Origin: Prosthecobacter debontii | Lineage (GTDB): Bacteria; Verrucomicrobiota; Verrucomicrobiia; Verrucomicrobiales; Akkermansiaceae | Direction: 5' to 3' | Assembly (NCBI GenBank): GCA_945869465.1 | Contig: CAMBPB010000002.1 | Coordinates: 27,874-91,873, forward strand | DNA length: 64,000 nt | Shown: piece after piece, positions 16,507-26,700 of the stretch | Numbering within the stretch: position 1 is the first letter of the stretch | Layout: each line of letters opens with the position of its first letter | Translations under genes and position numbers: made by a program | Notes under the pieces: generated by a model | The model's input: the letters and a program-made list of their open reading frames with translations, nothing else | Database searches by the model: none | What the model was told of the DNA's origin: nothing

Positions 16507-18702
16507 TCAAGATTTCCCTCGGGCTTTGCGAGTGCGGGCGTTGTTCGCGCCCGGATATTTCACCGGCCGCATGGCGGTGGCGGTGGCCGGGTTCTTTAAC
16601 GCGGCGATCTGGTCGCGGAGATGGGCGGCGCGCTCGAACTCTAACCGGGATGACGCCTCCCGCATGTCCTCTTCAAGTTCCGCGATCACGCGCAGTTGGT
16701 CGTAGGTTTCCTCATCCTCGGCGACCAGCGAGCGGTTCAGGTGTTCGGCCTGCTCCCGTTCCTTTTCGTGGGTGTGCAGGCTTTGTTGCTGCGCGCGCTT
16801 GACGCTTTGCGGGGTGATTCCGTGTTCCTCGTTGTGAGCCTGCTGCCGGGTGCGGCGGTATTCGGTGATGTTGAGCAACGCCTGGATGGAATCGGTCACC
16901 ACATCACAGAACAACACGCACTCTCCGCCAAGGTGTCGGGCGGCGCGCCCCGCGGTCTGGATCAATGAGGTTTCATTGCGCAGGAAACCCTCCTTGTCCG
17001 CGTCGAGAATGCAAACCAACGAGACTTCCGGCAGATCGAGCCCTTCGCGCAGCAGGTTGATGCCGACTAACACATCCACCGTGCCCGCGCGGAGTTGGCG
17101 CAGGATTTCCACCCGCTCGACGGCGTCGATGTCGGCGTGGATATAGCGCACCTTGAGGCCGGTGCCCTGCAGGTATTCGCTGAGATCCTCGGCGGTTTTT
17201 TTGGTGAGCGTGGTGACTAACACCCGCTCGTGCCGCTCGACCCGCTGGCGGCACAGTTCGATGGTCTCGTCGATTTGCCCTTTGAGCGGACGCAGCTTGA
17301 TCACTGGATCGAGCAGTCCAGTGGGCCGGATGATTTGCTCGACGACGAGCGGGGTGCCGCGTTTGGCCGGATCGAAGTGTTCCACCGGTTCGGCGTTTCC
17401 GCTCGGGGTGAGGTGGATTTTCCGCATGATGGCGGGCAGTGTCCGGCCTGCCGCGTCTTTGGTTTTCACGGGGATGAACGAGTGGTTTTCCGGGCGTGAG
17501 TTGACGAGTTCAAAGGGTCCCGGTGTCGCGGAGACATAGAGCCGCTGGCCGGTCATGTGCATGAACTCTGCGAAACGCAGCGGCCGGTTGTCCAAGGCGC
17601 TCGGCAATCGGAAGCCGTGATCGACGAGCACCGTCTTGCGGCTTTTGTCGCCCTCAAACATGCCGCCGATCTGCGGAATCGTGGCATGGCTTTCATCGAT
17701 CATCAGCAGGAAATCGCGCGGAAAAAAGTCCAGCAACGTGTGCGGCCGCGCGCCCGGCTCGCGGCCGGTTAGGTGGCGCGAGTAGTTTTCGATTCCCTGG
17801 CAGAAGCCCATCTCGGCCATCATTTCGAGATCGTAATCCGTGCGCATCCGCAGCCGCTGCGCTTCCAGCAGTTTGCTGTCCTTTTCGAACCTCGCCACCT
17901 GCTCGTCGGCCTCCTTGCGGATCTCCACGGTCGCTCGCTTCATCTTGTCGCCCGGTGTCACGAATTGTTTGGCCGGGAAGAAAGTGTGCTTTTCCAGCCG
18001 CTCGATCAGATGTCCTGTGAGCGTGTGGATGCTGCTGATCCGTTCCACCTCGTCGTCGAAAAACTCCACCCGGATCGCGGTCTCGTCGAGATAGGCCGGG
18101 TGGACCTCCACCACATCGCCGCGCACCCGGAATTTGCCGCGCCCGAAGGCGATGTCGTTGCGTTCGAACAGCATGCCCACCAGCGAGTTGAGAAACTCCT
18201 CGCGCGTCAGCTTTTGCCCGGTCCACACCGGCACCATCATGGTTTCGTAGTCCTCCGGCGAACCCAGGCCATAGATGCAGGAAACCGAAGCCACCACGAT
18301 CGTGTCCTGGCGCGTCAGCAGCGAACCCATCGTGCTGAGCCGCAGGCGTTCGATCTCGTCGTTGATCGACGAATCCTTCTCGATATAAGTATCGCTCCGC
18401 GGGATGTAGGCTTCTGGCTGATAGTAATCGAAGTATGAGACGAAATACTCCACCGCATTGTGCGGGAAGAAGTTCTTGAACTCCGAGTAAAGCTGTGCCG
18501 CAAGCGTTTTGTTGTGGCTCATAATCAGCGTCGGCTTGCCATGCAGTGCGATCAGGTTCGCCATCGTGAAGGTCTTTCCCGAGCCGGTGACTCCCAGCAA
18601 AGTCTGGTGGCGATTGCCGGCCGCCAGCGATTTCGCGAGTTTGGCGATGGCCTGCGCCTGATCGCCCTCAGGTTGGTAATCGCTGACCAATTGGAAGTCC
18701 AT
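16507..18702 (-). CDS. uvrB: Excinuclease ABC subunit B
   Basis: GVTGSGKT, FVSYFDYYQPEAY, DESH, SATPG, NLLREGLD, QTAGRAAR, FERAAHLRD. Confidence 0.98.
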   Translation of the reverse strand: MDFQLVSDYQPEGDQAQAIAKLAKSLAAGNRHQTLLGVTGSGKTFTMANLIALHGKPTLIMSHNKTLAAQLYSEFKNFFPHNAVEYFVSYFDYYQPEAYIPRSDTYIEKDSSINDEIERLRLSTMGSLLTRQDTIVVASVSCIYGLGSPEDYETMMVPVWTGQKLTREEFLNSLVGMLFERNDIAFGRGKFRVRGDVVEVHPAYLDETAIRVEFFDDEVERISSIHTLTGHLIERLEKHTFFPAKQFVTPGDKMKRATVEIRKEADEQVARFEKDSKLLEAQRLRMRTDYDLEMMAEMGFCQGIENYSRHLTGREPGARPHTLLDFFPRDFLLMIDESHATIPQIGGMFEGDKSRKTVLVDHGFRLPSALDNRPLRFAEFMHMTGQRLYVSATPGPFELVNSRPENHSFIPVKTKDAAGRTLPAIMRKIHLTPSGNAEPVEHFDPAKRGTPLVVEQIIRPTGLLDPVIKLRPLKGQIDETIELCRQRVERHERVLVTTLTKKTAEDLSEYLQGTGLKVRYIHADIDAVERVEILRQLRAGTVDVLVGINLLREGLDLPEVSLVCILDADKEGFLRNETSLIQTAGRAARHLGGECVLFCDVVTDSIQALLNITEYRRTRQQAHNEEHGITPQSVKRAQQQSLHTHEKEREQAEHLNRSLVAEDEETYDQLRVIAELEEDMREASSRLEFERAAHLRDQIAALKNPATATAMRPVKYPGANNARTRKARGKS

Positions 18703-18854
18703 GTGCCGCGAGTGATAAGCCCGGGTTCGGAATTCTGCAAGGGTAGGGAGACGATGGCCAAGAAAGGTCTCGCGGGGAGCATGGCATCGCCCAGCCGCTC
18801 GAAGGTTCGGACTTTGAAATCCAACGGGACAACCTCAAAGAATGGATTGAAATC

Positions 18855-20354
18855 TCACTCCTCCTCCGACCCGCCGAGGGTGACGTTGATGTTGTATTTG
18901 TTCTGAAGGTGCGCGTGGGCCTGGCCGGCCTGGCCGGCCTTCGGGTAGCGCTTGCAGGTGAGTTGGAAGGTGCGGATGGCTTTCTCCTTGTCCTTGGCCT
19001 CCTCATAGGTGAAGCCGATCTGCAGGGACGCTTCGGGTGCGGCGTTGTCGATGACCTTGATCTGATTGTAGAGAACGATGGCCTCCAGCGGTTCGCCGAG
19101 CTTGCGGTGGCAGGCCGCCATGCGGAAATAGTTGTCCGGGAAGCGGTCGATCTGCCGGTAGGTGGCGATGGCCTTCTTCCAGTCCGCCAGCTTTTCGTAA
19201 CACTCCGCGATCGACCACAGGTAGTCGCCGGCGTGATCGCCATCGATCTCTATCAGTTTCCGAAAGACCTCCATGGCTTCCGGGATCTTGCCCTCTTCGA
19301 GAAACATCGCGGCGATGTTTTTGCGCCCGGCCACCACGTCCTTGAATTCTTCATACATCCGGCGGGCATCGGCGCGTTTCTCGCGCTGTTTGTACCAGGC
19401 CGCCATCCGGCCGAGCAGGTCGTCGTCGCGGCCGAAGCGTTTGCCGATTTCCTCATAGAACTTCCATGTTTCGCTGGGCCGGCCGAGCGTGGCGTTGAGG
19501 TCGGCGGCCCGATAGAGGAGTTCCTTTTCGATCGCGGGGCGTTCGACGGCTTCGGCCCGCAAGGTGGTTAGAAGCTGGTCGGCCAGCTTGAGCGCGGCGG
19601 GTTTGGTGGCGGGCTTTTTGAGCAGGTGTTCGACGGTTTTGGCCGAGAGTCCGTACACATTGTCGAAGAGTTCCGGTCCGGCGTAGGTGGTGGCCAGCGC
19701 CTTGCTGCCCTCGTCGAGGCGCTGGGCGAAGAAGTGGAGTTCGGCGAGTTCGCGGCAGGCGGCGATGCAGGTGGCTGTGGCCGTCTCGGTGCGTTTGACC
19801 TTGAAGGTGAGATCATTCAGCAGGGCGAGGCGCTCGACCTCGTCCTGATGGAGCCGGGCGTAGTGGAGCAGGTCCACGCGGGAGCGAACCGCGATGTCAT
19901 GATCGGGGTATTCCTTGACTAGGAAACGGAAGGCGGTCTGCGCGCTTTTGACCTCGCCCATGGTGCGATAGGCATCGGCGATGCAGTAGGCGGCCATCGT
20001 GGCTTCGTGGGATTCCGGCCAATAGTCGATGACCGATTGGAATCCCTCGCGCAGCGCGGTCTTGGGTTTCTTGAGCTGCATCATCGTGTGGCTCCACATG
20101 AGTTGGGCGTAAGGCGCGCCGGGACTTTTTTCGTAGAGAGTTAGAAATTTCTCATACTCGGCGAGGGCGACTTTGAAAGTGCCGTTGGTGTAGTGTTTTT
20201 CAGCGATCTTGATCTGATATCGCTCGACCTCGCGCATCTTTTCAAAGGTGGCGAGCTGGATTTGTTCGAGCGGGGAGAGCGCGGCGCGCGAGGCGGGGGC
20301 GAGCGCCAGCAGCAGGCAGGCGGCAAGCAAGGTGAGGGTCGGGCGGGTTCTCAT
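18855..20354 (-). CDS. Secreted tetratricopeptide-repeat protein
   Basis: ATG at 20354 overlaps the upstream stop (ATGA); signal peptide MRTRPTLTLLAACLLLALAPASRA; YbgF/BamD-like TPRs. Confidence 0.85.
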   Translation of the reverse strand: MRTRPTLTLLAACLLLALAPASRAALSPLEQIQLATFEKMREVERYQIKIAEKHYTNGTFKVALAEYEKFLTLYEKSPGAPYAQLMWSHTMMQLKKPKTALREGFQSVIDYWPESHEATMAAYCIADAYRTMGEVKSAQTAFRFLVKEYPDHDIAVRSRVDLLHYARLHQDEVERLALLNDLTFKVKRTETATATCIAACRELAELHFFAQRLDEGSKALATTYAGPELFDNVYGLSAKTVEHLLKKPATKPAALKLADQLLTTLRAEAVERPAIEKELLYRAADLNATLGRPSETWKFYEEIGKRFGRDDDLLGRMAAWYKQREKRADARRMYEEFKDVVAGRKNIAAMFLEEGKIPEAMEVFRKLIEIDGDHAGDYLWSIAECYEKLADWKKAIATYRQIDRFPDNYFRMAACHRKLGEPLEAIVLYNQIKVIDNAAPEASLQIGFTYEEAKDKEKAIRTFQLTCKRYPKAGQAGQAHAHLQNKYNINVTLGGSEEE

Positions 20355-21769
20355 TTCGCGGTGGCATCGAGCCATTTGTTGTATTCGGCGTGGGCGTAGT
20401 AGATAACATTGGTTCCGAGCTGATAGCATGACTCCCAGATTTCCTGCGGGACGCCGGAGTGGCCGTCCGCCCAGGCATCGCCGATGTCGCCGGGATGGTA
20501 GTAAACGACGAGGCGTCCGTCCACCACCCAGCCGAGGGCATTGGAGCGTCCGTGTGGGGCGACGATGGGAAGGCGCGGGAGCAAATACGGGACGCGATGG
20601 ATCGGGTGGTCCAGATAGACCGAGATCGGCTCCACCTTGGGCAGCACCTTGCGCATCATGGAGACGAACTGGCCTTCCCACCCGGAGCTGCCGCCATTGT
20701 CACCGAACAGCATGCCGTGGTGATCGAGCAGATAGGTGCGCAGAATGTTGATTTCCGCGTCGCTGACGTGGATGTTCTGTTGGCCGGTCATGTAAACCAT
20801 CGGCGGGCTCTTGCGGGCGGGAAAACTCTTGAGCCGGCCGATTTCCATCGGTTCCGGCCGGTCGTTGACGGGGTGGCCGAGACGCACGCCGTATTCGGTG
20901 AGCAGGTTGAGATCCGAGCCGCGGTCCATGTCCTGGGACCAGTCGCCGCCGTCATACTTGAGCCGGATGAAGCGGACCTTGCCGCGGGTGGTGCCGGTGG
21001 AGAATCCGGCCCCCTCGCCTTTGCCTTGGCCGATTTTGTAGAGATGCTCGGTGACTTCGAGAACCTCGAGTTTCACGTCATCGATGGGTGGGGGATTGAA
21101 GAGAATGCTGCTGTAGGGATTGATGACATACTTCTTGTTGATGACCTTCTGGATTCTAACGATCTGCCTGATTTGTTTTTCCTCCCCGCCGCCTATCGGC
21201 GATTCATAGATGCCACAGCCCGTGAGACGGGTCAGGATGAGGAAGACCAGGCCGAAGAGGCAGGAGTAGGTGACGAGGGTGAAGAGGGACTGGCGGAGCT
21301 TGCGGCTGGTGCGGCCGAAATACCACGCCACCAGCTGGCGGGGATCCCAGATGCGTTGGGGAGTGGCAGGCGGGGTGGCGCGTTTGGTTTCCCGGTCGAT
21401 CCACCAGACGGCCCAGCCAAGGCCAAGGAAAAACGCGCCGATCGTGCCGGCAAGCGAGATCAAGGCGGCGAGTTCGTAGGCCGAAACCAGCAGCGGCAGA
21501 TGGGCGGCGAGTTGCCAGACGGGGAAGTAACAGGCGCTCTGAACCGCGCGGTAAACCACCGCAGGACCGTTTCGCCAGCGCCGGAGCCAGTAGTAACAAA
21601 CCGGAATGGCGGTTAGAAAGCCGGCCGCCTGGATCAGGGGGGCTAACATGAAACCAACCCGGGCATCGAGCCAGAGCAGGCACCACAACCCGGCGTAAAG
21701 GCCGGTGAGCACGACCGGACGTCGGGCGTGGTGTCGCAGCGATTCCCTGATCCGGGGCCAATCCATCAC
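20351..21769 (-). CDS. DUF4159-domain protein with N-terminal TM region
   Basis: Four hydrophobic segments, then FIRLKYDGGDW, PMVYMTG, HPGDIGDAW, YQLGTNV. Confidence 0.82.
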   Translation of the reverse strand: MMDWPRIRESLRHHARRPVVLTGLYAGLWCLLWLDARVGFMLAPLIQAAGFLTAIPVCYYWLRRWRNGPAVVYRAVQSACYFPVWQLAAHLPLLVSAYELAALISLAGTIGAFFLGLGWAVWWIDRETKRATPPATPQRIWDPRQLVAWYFGRTSRKLRQSLFTLVTYSCLFGLVFLILTRLTGCGIYESPIGGGEEKQIRQIVRIQKVINKKYVINPYSSILFNPPPIDDVKLEVLEVTEHLYKIGQGKGEGAGFSTGTTRGKVRFIRLKYDGGDWSQDMDRGSDLNLLTEYGVRLGHPVNDRPEPMEIGRLKSFPARKSPPMVYMTGQQNIHVSDAEINILRTYLLDHHGMLFGDNGGSSGWEGQFVSMMRKVLPKVEPISVYLDHPIHRVPYLLPRLPIVAPHGRSNALGWVVDGRLVVYYHPGDIGDAWADGHSGVPQEIWESCYQLGTNVIYYAHAEYNKWLDATAK

Positions 21770-22224
21770 TCAAGATCCTTCAGGAAGTCGTCGCCCTTGT
21801 TTTCGAGCGGGTTTTTGTTCGGCGGGGCTGTTAGCTCGTCACCGACGCCGAGGGTGGAAGGCGCATCGGGTTTGGGCGGCGCCTGTGGGACTTCCGCAAC
21901 GGCGGGAGGCGCCGCCACCGGGGGCGCAGGAGTGTTCGTCGTAACGGGAGCCGGGGCTTGTTTGCCGCCGAGGAAAAACGGGATGGCGGTGAATAACAGG
22001 ATTCCGCCCGCGACAAGGCCGGTGGAGAGGATGAGCGAGCGGGCGAGCTGGCTGGAGGAAACCACGCCAAGCATTTCCTGCGGGCTCTTGCCTTTGAGTT
22101 CGCGCAGGAACGCCTGCAACTCCTGCACGGTGGCGCGCGAGTTGCCCTTGAGTTCGCGCAAGTCGGCGGCGGTGCTGGCCAGCGCGTTGCGTCCGGTTGC
22201 GGAAGGGTTGGGTTGGATCTTCAT
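21766..22224 (-). CDS. Single-TM hypothetical protein with Pro/Ala-rich C-terminus
   Basis: Overlapping start/stop with both neighbours; one hydrophobic helix. Confidence 0.75.
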   Translation of the reverse strand: MKIQPNPSATGRNALASTAADLRELKGNSRATVQELQAFLRELKGKSPQEMLGVVSSSQLARSLILSTGLVAGGILLFTAIPFFLGGKQAPAPVTTNTPAPPVAAPPAVAEVPQAPPKPDAPSTLGVGDELTAPPNKNPLENKGDDFLKDLE

Positions 22225-22637
22225 GGAGTGGCGGGTTTCTCTTCGGGTTCGAGGATATGGATCAAATCGCCGCCCGCTTCACTGATGGCGGCGATGACGG
22301 GTTCGAAGTGGCTCGCCCTGGCCTCGCGGTGGACTTTGAGGAATACGTTGCGCTGGCCGGCCGGCGCGTCGCCGAGAATTTTTGATAGGGCAGCGGCCAG
22401 CTCCGCGGGAGAGGTCTCCTTGCCGTCGAGATAGGTTTTGTATCCGGTATCGATCGTGACACTGGCGCGCGGCGCGGCGGCCATCGTGACATCCTTGAGT
22501 CTGGCCGGCTGCCACTGGATGTGGCTGTCGTCCTGGGCGCGGGCGAGGATGACGAAAAAGATGAGCAGCAGGAAGGCGATGTCACCCATCGCGAAGGTCG
22601 GGACCGATGCGGTTAGTTTTTTGCGCGGGAGTTTCAT
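22221..22637 (-). CDS. ExbD/TolR family protein (second copy)
   Basis: MKLPRKK...AMGDIAFLLLIFF; ATG at 22637 overlaps the upstream stop. Confidence 0.88.
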   Translation of the reverse strand: MKLPRKKLTASVPTFAMGDIAFLLLIFFVILARAQDDSHIQWQPARLKDVTMAAAPRASVTIDTGYKTYLDGKETSPAELAAALSKILGDAPAGQRNVFLKVHREARASHFEPVIAAISEAGGDLIHILEPEEKPATP

Positions 22638-23056
22638 TTGACGTTGATGGTGCGCTCGGATTCGAGTTCGAGGGTGAGGATGCCGCCGGCCTGGCCGATG
22701 GCCTGCGAGACATGGACCCAGGTCGGGTAAGGTGTATCCGGGGCGCTTTTGACGACCACGATGCGATCGGCTTCGCGGGTTTTCGGTTTGAGGGCGGCGG
22801 CGATGCGTTGGGCGAACTCCGGGAGTTGGAGTGGGCTGCCGTTGAGCACGATGCTGGTGGGGGTGATCGAGACCTCGATGTTCTGGCTTTGCTCGCGTTT
22901 CTCCGTCTTCGCCTCGGTTTTCGGGAGCATCTGGGGCATGCCGGTTTCCGGCTGCACGGCCGCGCAGACGAGGAAGAAGATGATCAGGGTGAAGGCGATG
23001 TCCGAACTGGCACAATCCGGCGGATCCACCAACATTTTACCGCGCTTCAGTTTCAT
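22634..23056 (-). CDS. ExbD/TolR family protein (first copy)
   Basis: SSDIAFTLIIFF, periplasmic domain with VVVKSAPDTPY. Confidence 0.88.
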   Translation of the reverse strand: MKLKRGKMLVDPPDCASSDIAFTLIIFFLVCAAVQPETGMPQMLPKTEAKTEKREQSQNIEVSITPTSIVLNGSPLQLPEFAQRIAAALKPKTREADRIVVVKSAPDTPYPTWVHVSQAIGQAGGILTLELESERTINVK

Positions 23057-23778
23057 GCGTCTTCCTGGTCAAGAGTCAGGCGCAGGGTGACGACCTCGAT
23101 CAACTCGGCGGCCGAGGTCTCCACTTGCAGCACGAATTCATTGATGATGCCGGTGAAGTAGTTGAAGGCCATGTAGGCGGGGATGCCGACGATGAGCCCG
23201 AAGGCGGTGGTTAGAAGGGCCACGCGGATGCCGGATGCGGCGGCCACCACGATGTTCTGTTGGCCGATGTTAGCCTCGATATCGCCGAACGCGACGATCA
23301 TTCCCTGGACCGTGCCGAGAAATCCGAGCATCGGCGCGACGGAGGCGATGGTGGCGAGAATCGGCAGGTGTTTCTCCAGCGCCGCCACGATGTGAACCCC
23401 GCAGTTCTCCATGCTCTTGATGACCTGTTGCTCCATTTGGGCGGGATCGTAATTGAGGCGGCGCAGAACCAAGTATTTCCGTAGTCCGTTAGAAAGAATG
23501 GCGGGCACGGGGCCGCGGGCGGCGTCGCATAGTTCGAGCGATTCCTCGATCTTGTCCTCGGACAAGAGTGCCACGACTTCCTCGCGCAGGGCGCCGGCAT
23601 CGGTCTCCAACAGTTTGAGACTGCGGTAGCGCTCGATGATGACGGCGATGGCGAGGATGAAGAGCGCGAGGATCGGCCACATGAAGAAGCCGCCTTCGAG
23701 CAGGTAGTTGAGGGCTCCGCTCTGGAAAAACCCGGCGGCGAGGGTGGTGAAATCGGCGGGGTGGGAGGACATGGTCAT
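23053..23778 (-). CDS. MotA/TolQ/ExbB proton channel family protein
   Basis: GGFFMWPI, APMLGFLGTVQGMI, ALLTTAFGLIVGIPA. Confidence 0.93.
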   Translation of the reverse strand: MTMSSHPADFTTLAAGFFQSGALNYLLEGGFFMWPILALFILAIAVIIERYRSLKLLETDAGALREEVVALLSEDKIEESLELCDAARGPVPAILSNGLRKYLVLRRLNYDPAQMEQQVIKSMENCGVHIVAALEKHLPILATIASVAPMLGFLGTVQGMIVAFGDIEANIGQQNIVVAAASGIRVALLTTAFGLIVGIPAYMAFNYFTGIINEFVLQVETSAAELIEVVTLRLTLDQEDA

Positions 23779-26700
23779 TCGTTCAGGTTGGCTTCTCTTT
23801 CAAACTGGTCGAGCAGCTCGGGCAGGGCAAGCCGGCCGCGCGAGTATTTGGCGGCGTCGCTTTCGGGAAAATCCCAGCGGCAGCGGTTGTAGCGGCGGAA
23901 GGCGTTGGGGATGTCCTTGGCCATGCGGTAGCTTTCGCCCGCCCAGAAGAGCGCCTGGGCGGTGAGTTCCTGTTCGGGGAAACGTTTCACAAACGCGTCA
24001 AAGGCGAGTCCGGCCTTTCCGAACTTCTCGAGCTTGTAGTGGCACTGGCCGATGCGGAACGCCATCTTGGGCGTCCATTCATGGTTCGGGAAACGCTCGA
24101 TGAACTTGCCGCCGACGGTGGCCGCGACGGCAAACTCCTCCTTCAGATAGAAATGCTCGTTGATCCGCAGCATCACGTTGGCGATGAGCGGGTTTTTCGG
24201 ATAGGTGGCGGCGAGGGTGACGTAGGCCTCCAGCGCTTCGTCGAGCTCGCCCGCCTCCTCGTGGCACTGGCCGAGTTTGTATTGGGCGTCGGGCGCGAGG
24301 TTGTGCTCGGGATGGTTGCGCACGATCGAGCCATAGGCGGCGATGGCCTCGTTCCAGGCCTGCATTTCCTGGGCGAACTGGCCTAGCAGATAAGAGATGC
24401 GCGGGGCGTATTTGGGATTCGGATAGTCCTCGTGAAGTTCGCGCAGGACCCGGCGCCCGGCCTGCAGATCGGCGGTGGCCTCTTCCGCGTGCTTGAGCTT
24501 GCGGTGGCCCTTGAACAGCTCGAAGTGGCTTTCCGCGATGTGAAACTGGGTTTGGATTGCAAGGTCCTCATCCTTGTAAACCTTGCTGAACGCGGCCATT
24601 TCGCCATCCGTGCCGACTGCGACCGGAATCTTGAGTTCGATGACCGGCAGTCCGCTCGGGGTTTGCGCGACGTTGTCGAGATAGCCGACCGTGATGTCGT
24701 CGCCGAAGAAGCACTCGATCTCGCCGGCGAAGTTGCCGGAAGTCGGCTTGGGGGCGGCCTTGAGTGGAAACGATCCGCTGAAGACGCCGCTGTGAGTCAG
24801 GGTTTCCTCCAGCTCGATCGTCTCATCCTCGCCGGAGGCGGTGACGAGGCGCACCATGGCCTTGTCCCGCTTGCCGGAGGTGTCGCCGTCGGGATCGTCC
24901 AGCAGCAGGAACAGCTTTTTGCCGACGTGGGCAATCGTGGCGTCCTCCAGGTATTCCGCGTCGGTGAGGCGCAGGGTGGCGGCCGAGAAGAGCGCGGCTT
25001 TTGCCTCTAGCAGGGTGTCCGGGTCGCCGGACCGGGCGCGGTCATGGTAGCGGGCGGTGATGGTGTCGCTGCCGAGAACATTGAGCACGTGAAGTCCGGC
25101 CGGGGCTTGTTTCGCCCCTTCTTCCGGGGGATCTTCGTTAGATCCGTCATCCGGAGGAAGCACCCTGCCGAGCCTGCCGCCGGCGAGTGATCCCTCGGCG
25201 GGCAGGGCGCCCGCGCTTTCCGCAGCACCTAGCAGGAGCGGAACCTGCCCGACGAAGCGGCCCTCGAACAATGCGGGATTGCGTGACTCATCCATCGTTT
25301 CGTTAGGGGAGGCGAAGGCCCGGGAAAGCACGCACTCGACGCGGGCCTTCGCGCCCTGGTTGGTGGCGACTTCGATCGTGACGGTGCTGCGCGCGTCTTT
25401 CGCCTGGTCCGGATCGATCACCTCCACAGTGAGTGGAAGCCGGTATTCGATCTTGCTAACATGATCCGGCGGCCGGGTTCCCTCTACCGGGATCAGGCGC
25501 GGCGCGGCGGCCACCGGCGTCTCGCTTTCCACAATCTGGATGACGGCGCCGGTGGGTTGATTGAGGAGGACCACGGTCTCGCGGTGGAAGGCATGGCCGG
25601 GAAAGGTGTTTTGTTTGTCGAGATAGCGCAGGTAAACCTTGTCGCCTTGTTTCACCACGATCTTGCCTTTCGCCGGTTGCGCGGCGGTATCGATCTCGGC
25701 GGTGAACACGCCGGTCGAGGGACCGGTCTCGGTCGCGGTGACCTGGATTGGCGGCTGGGCATTCACCTGCACCGCGACCTCCACTGTGTCGCGGTCGAGC
25801 CCGGTATCGAGATCGAAATCGACCACCTCGGCGACGATACGTTCGCCGGGTCCGATGCGCATGAGCTCCTTGCGGCTTCCCTGGACGGAGCCGCCGCCGG
25901 TGCGGGCGAAGTCATAGCCGACTGGCGTGATCCCGCCGTTGTGATAGGTGGCGGATAGATCTTTGGTTAGGAGCTTGTTGCGTTGCGCCGCGCCGGCGGT
26001 GAGTTCGTCGAGATAGGAAACCCGCACCGTATCGCCGGGCGCGAGTTCGAGGATCGGATTGCGGGCGAGTTCGAGCACGTCGGCGGCGGGCGGCAGGTGT
26101 TTGGCTCCGCCACCGCTGACTTCGACGTTGCTGACGGCAATGGCCTCCCCGCGGTATTCGAGAAACTCGAAGTCGATGAATCGCAGCTCGCGGGCCGGCA
26201 TCGCGAGCGTCCAATGGTTGGCCTCGTGTTTGATTTCATCGACCGGAACGACGCCGATCTTGGGCAGGTCCGGTGCCGCGGCGGGATTGAAATCGGCGGC
26301 GGTGAAAGGTCGCATCGTCACGCCGGAGGACTGGCGGTTTTCCCGGGCGCGGAGGGCCTCGACGGATTTGGTTCCGGCCGCGACGATCGAGACGATGGTT
26401 AGTTCATGCACCCCGCGTTTGGCGAACACATCGACGGTCCGGTTGCCCTCGCCGATCGGGAGTTCAAGCCGCCCGTCGAACATGATGGCGGTGAGCTTGC
26501 CGGAGACTCCCAGGCGCATGCCGCCGTCGCGTTCCTGGATGAAGGGGCCGGACCAGACGAGGAAGAACGCTTCCTCGCTCGTTTCGGGCATTTCCCATGC
26601 GAGGCGCTCGACCTTGAGGTTTTCGTGGGGCTCCAGCTTCTTGGTTAGATCGGCGATTTCATCCCAGGTGTAGGTCGAGCGCAGGTTCTTGGCGGGGGTC

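Noticed and set aside
18552-18824. ORF starting MDFKV, resembling the UvrB start MDFQL
   Set aside because: TTG start, similarity limited to a few residues, and it overlaps uvrB out of frame.
18703-18854. SOS box upstream of uvrB
   Set aside because: No convincing palindrome found.
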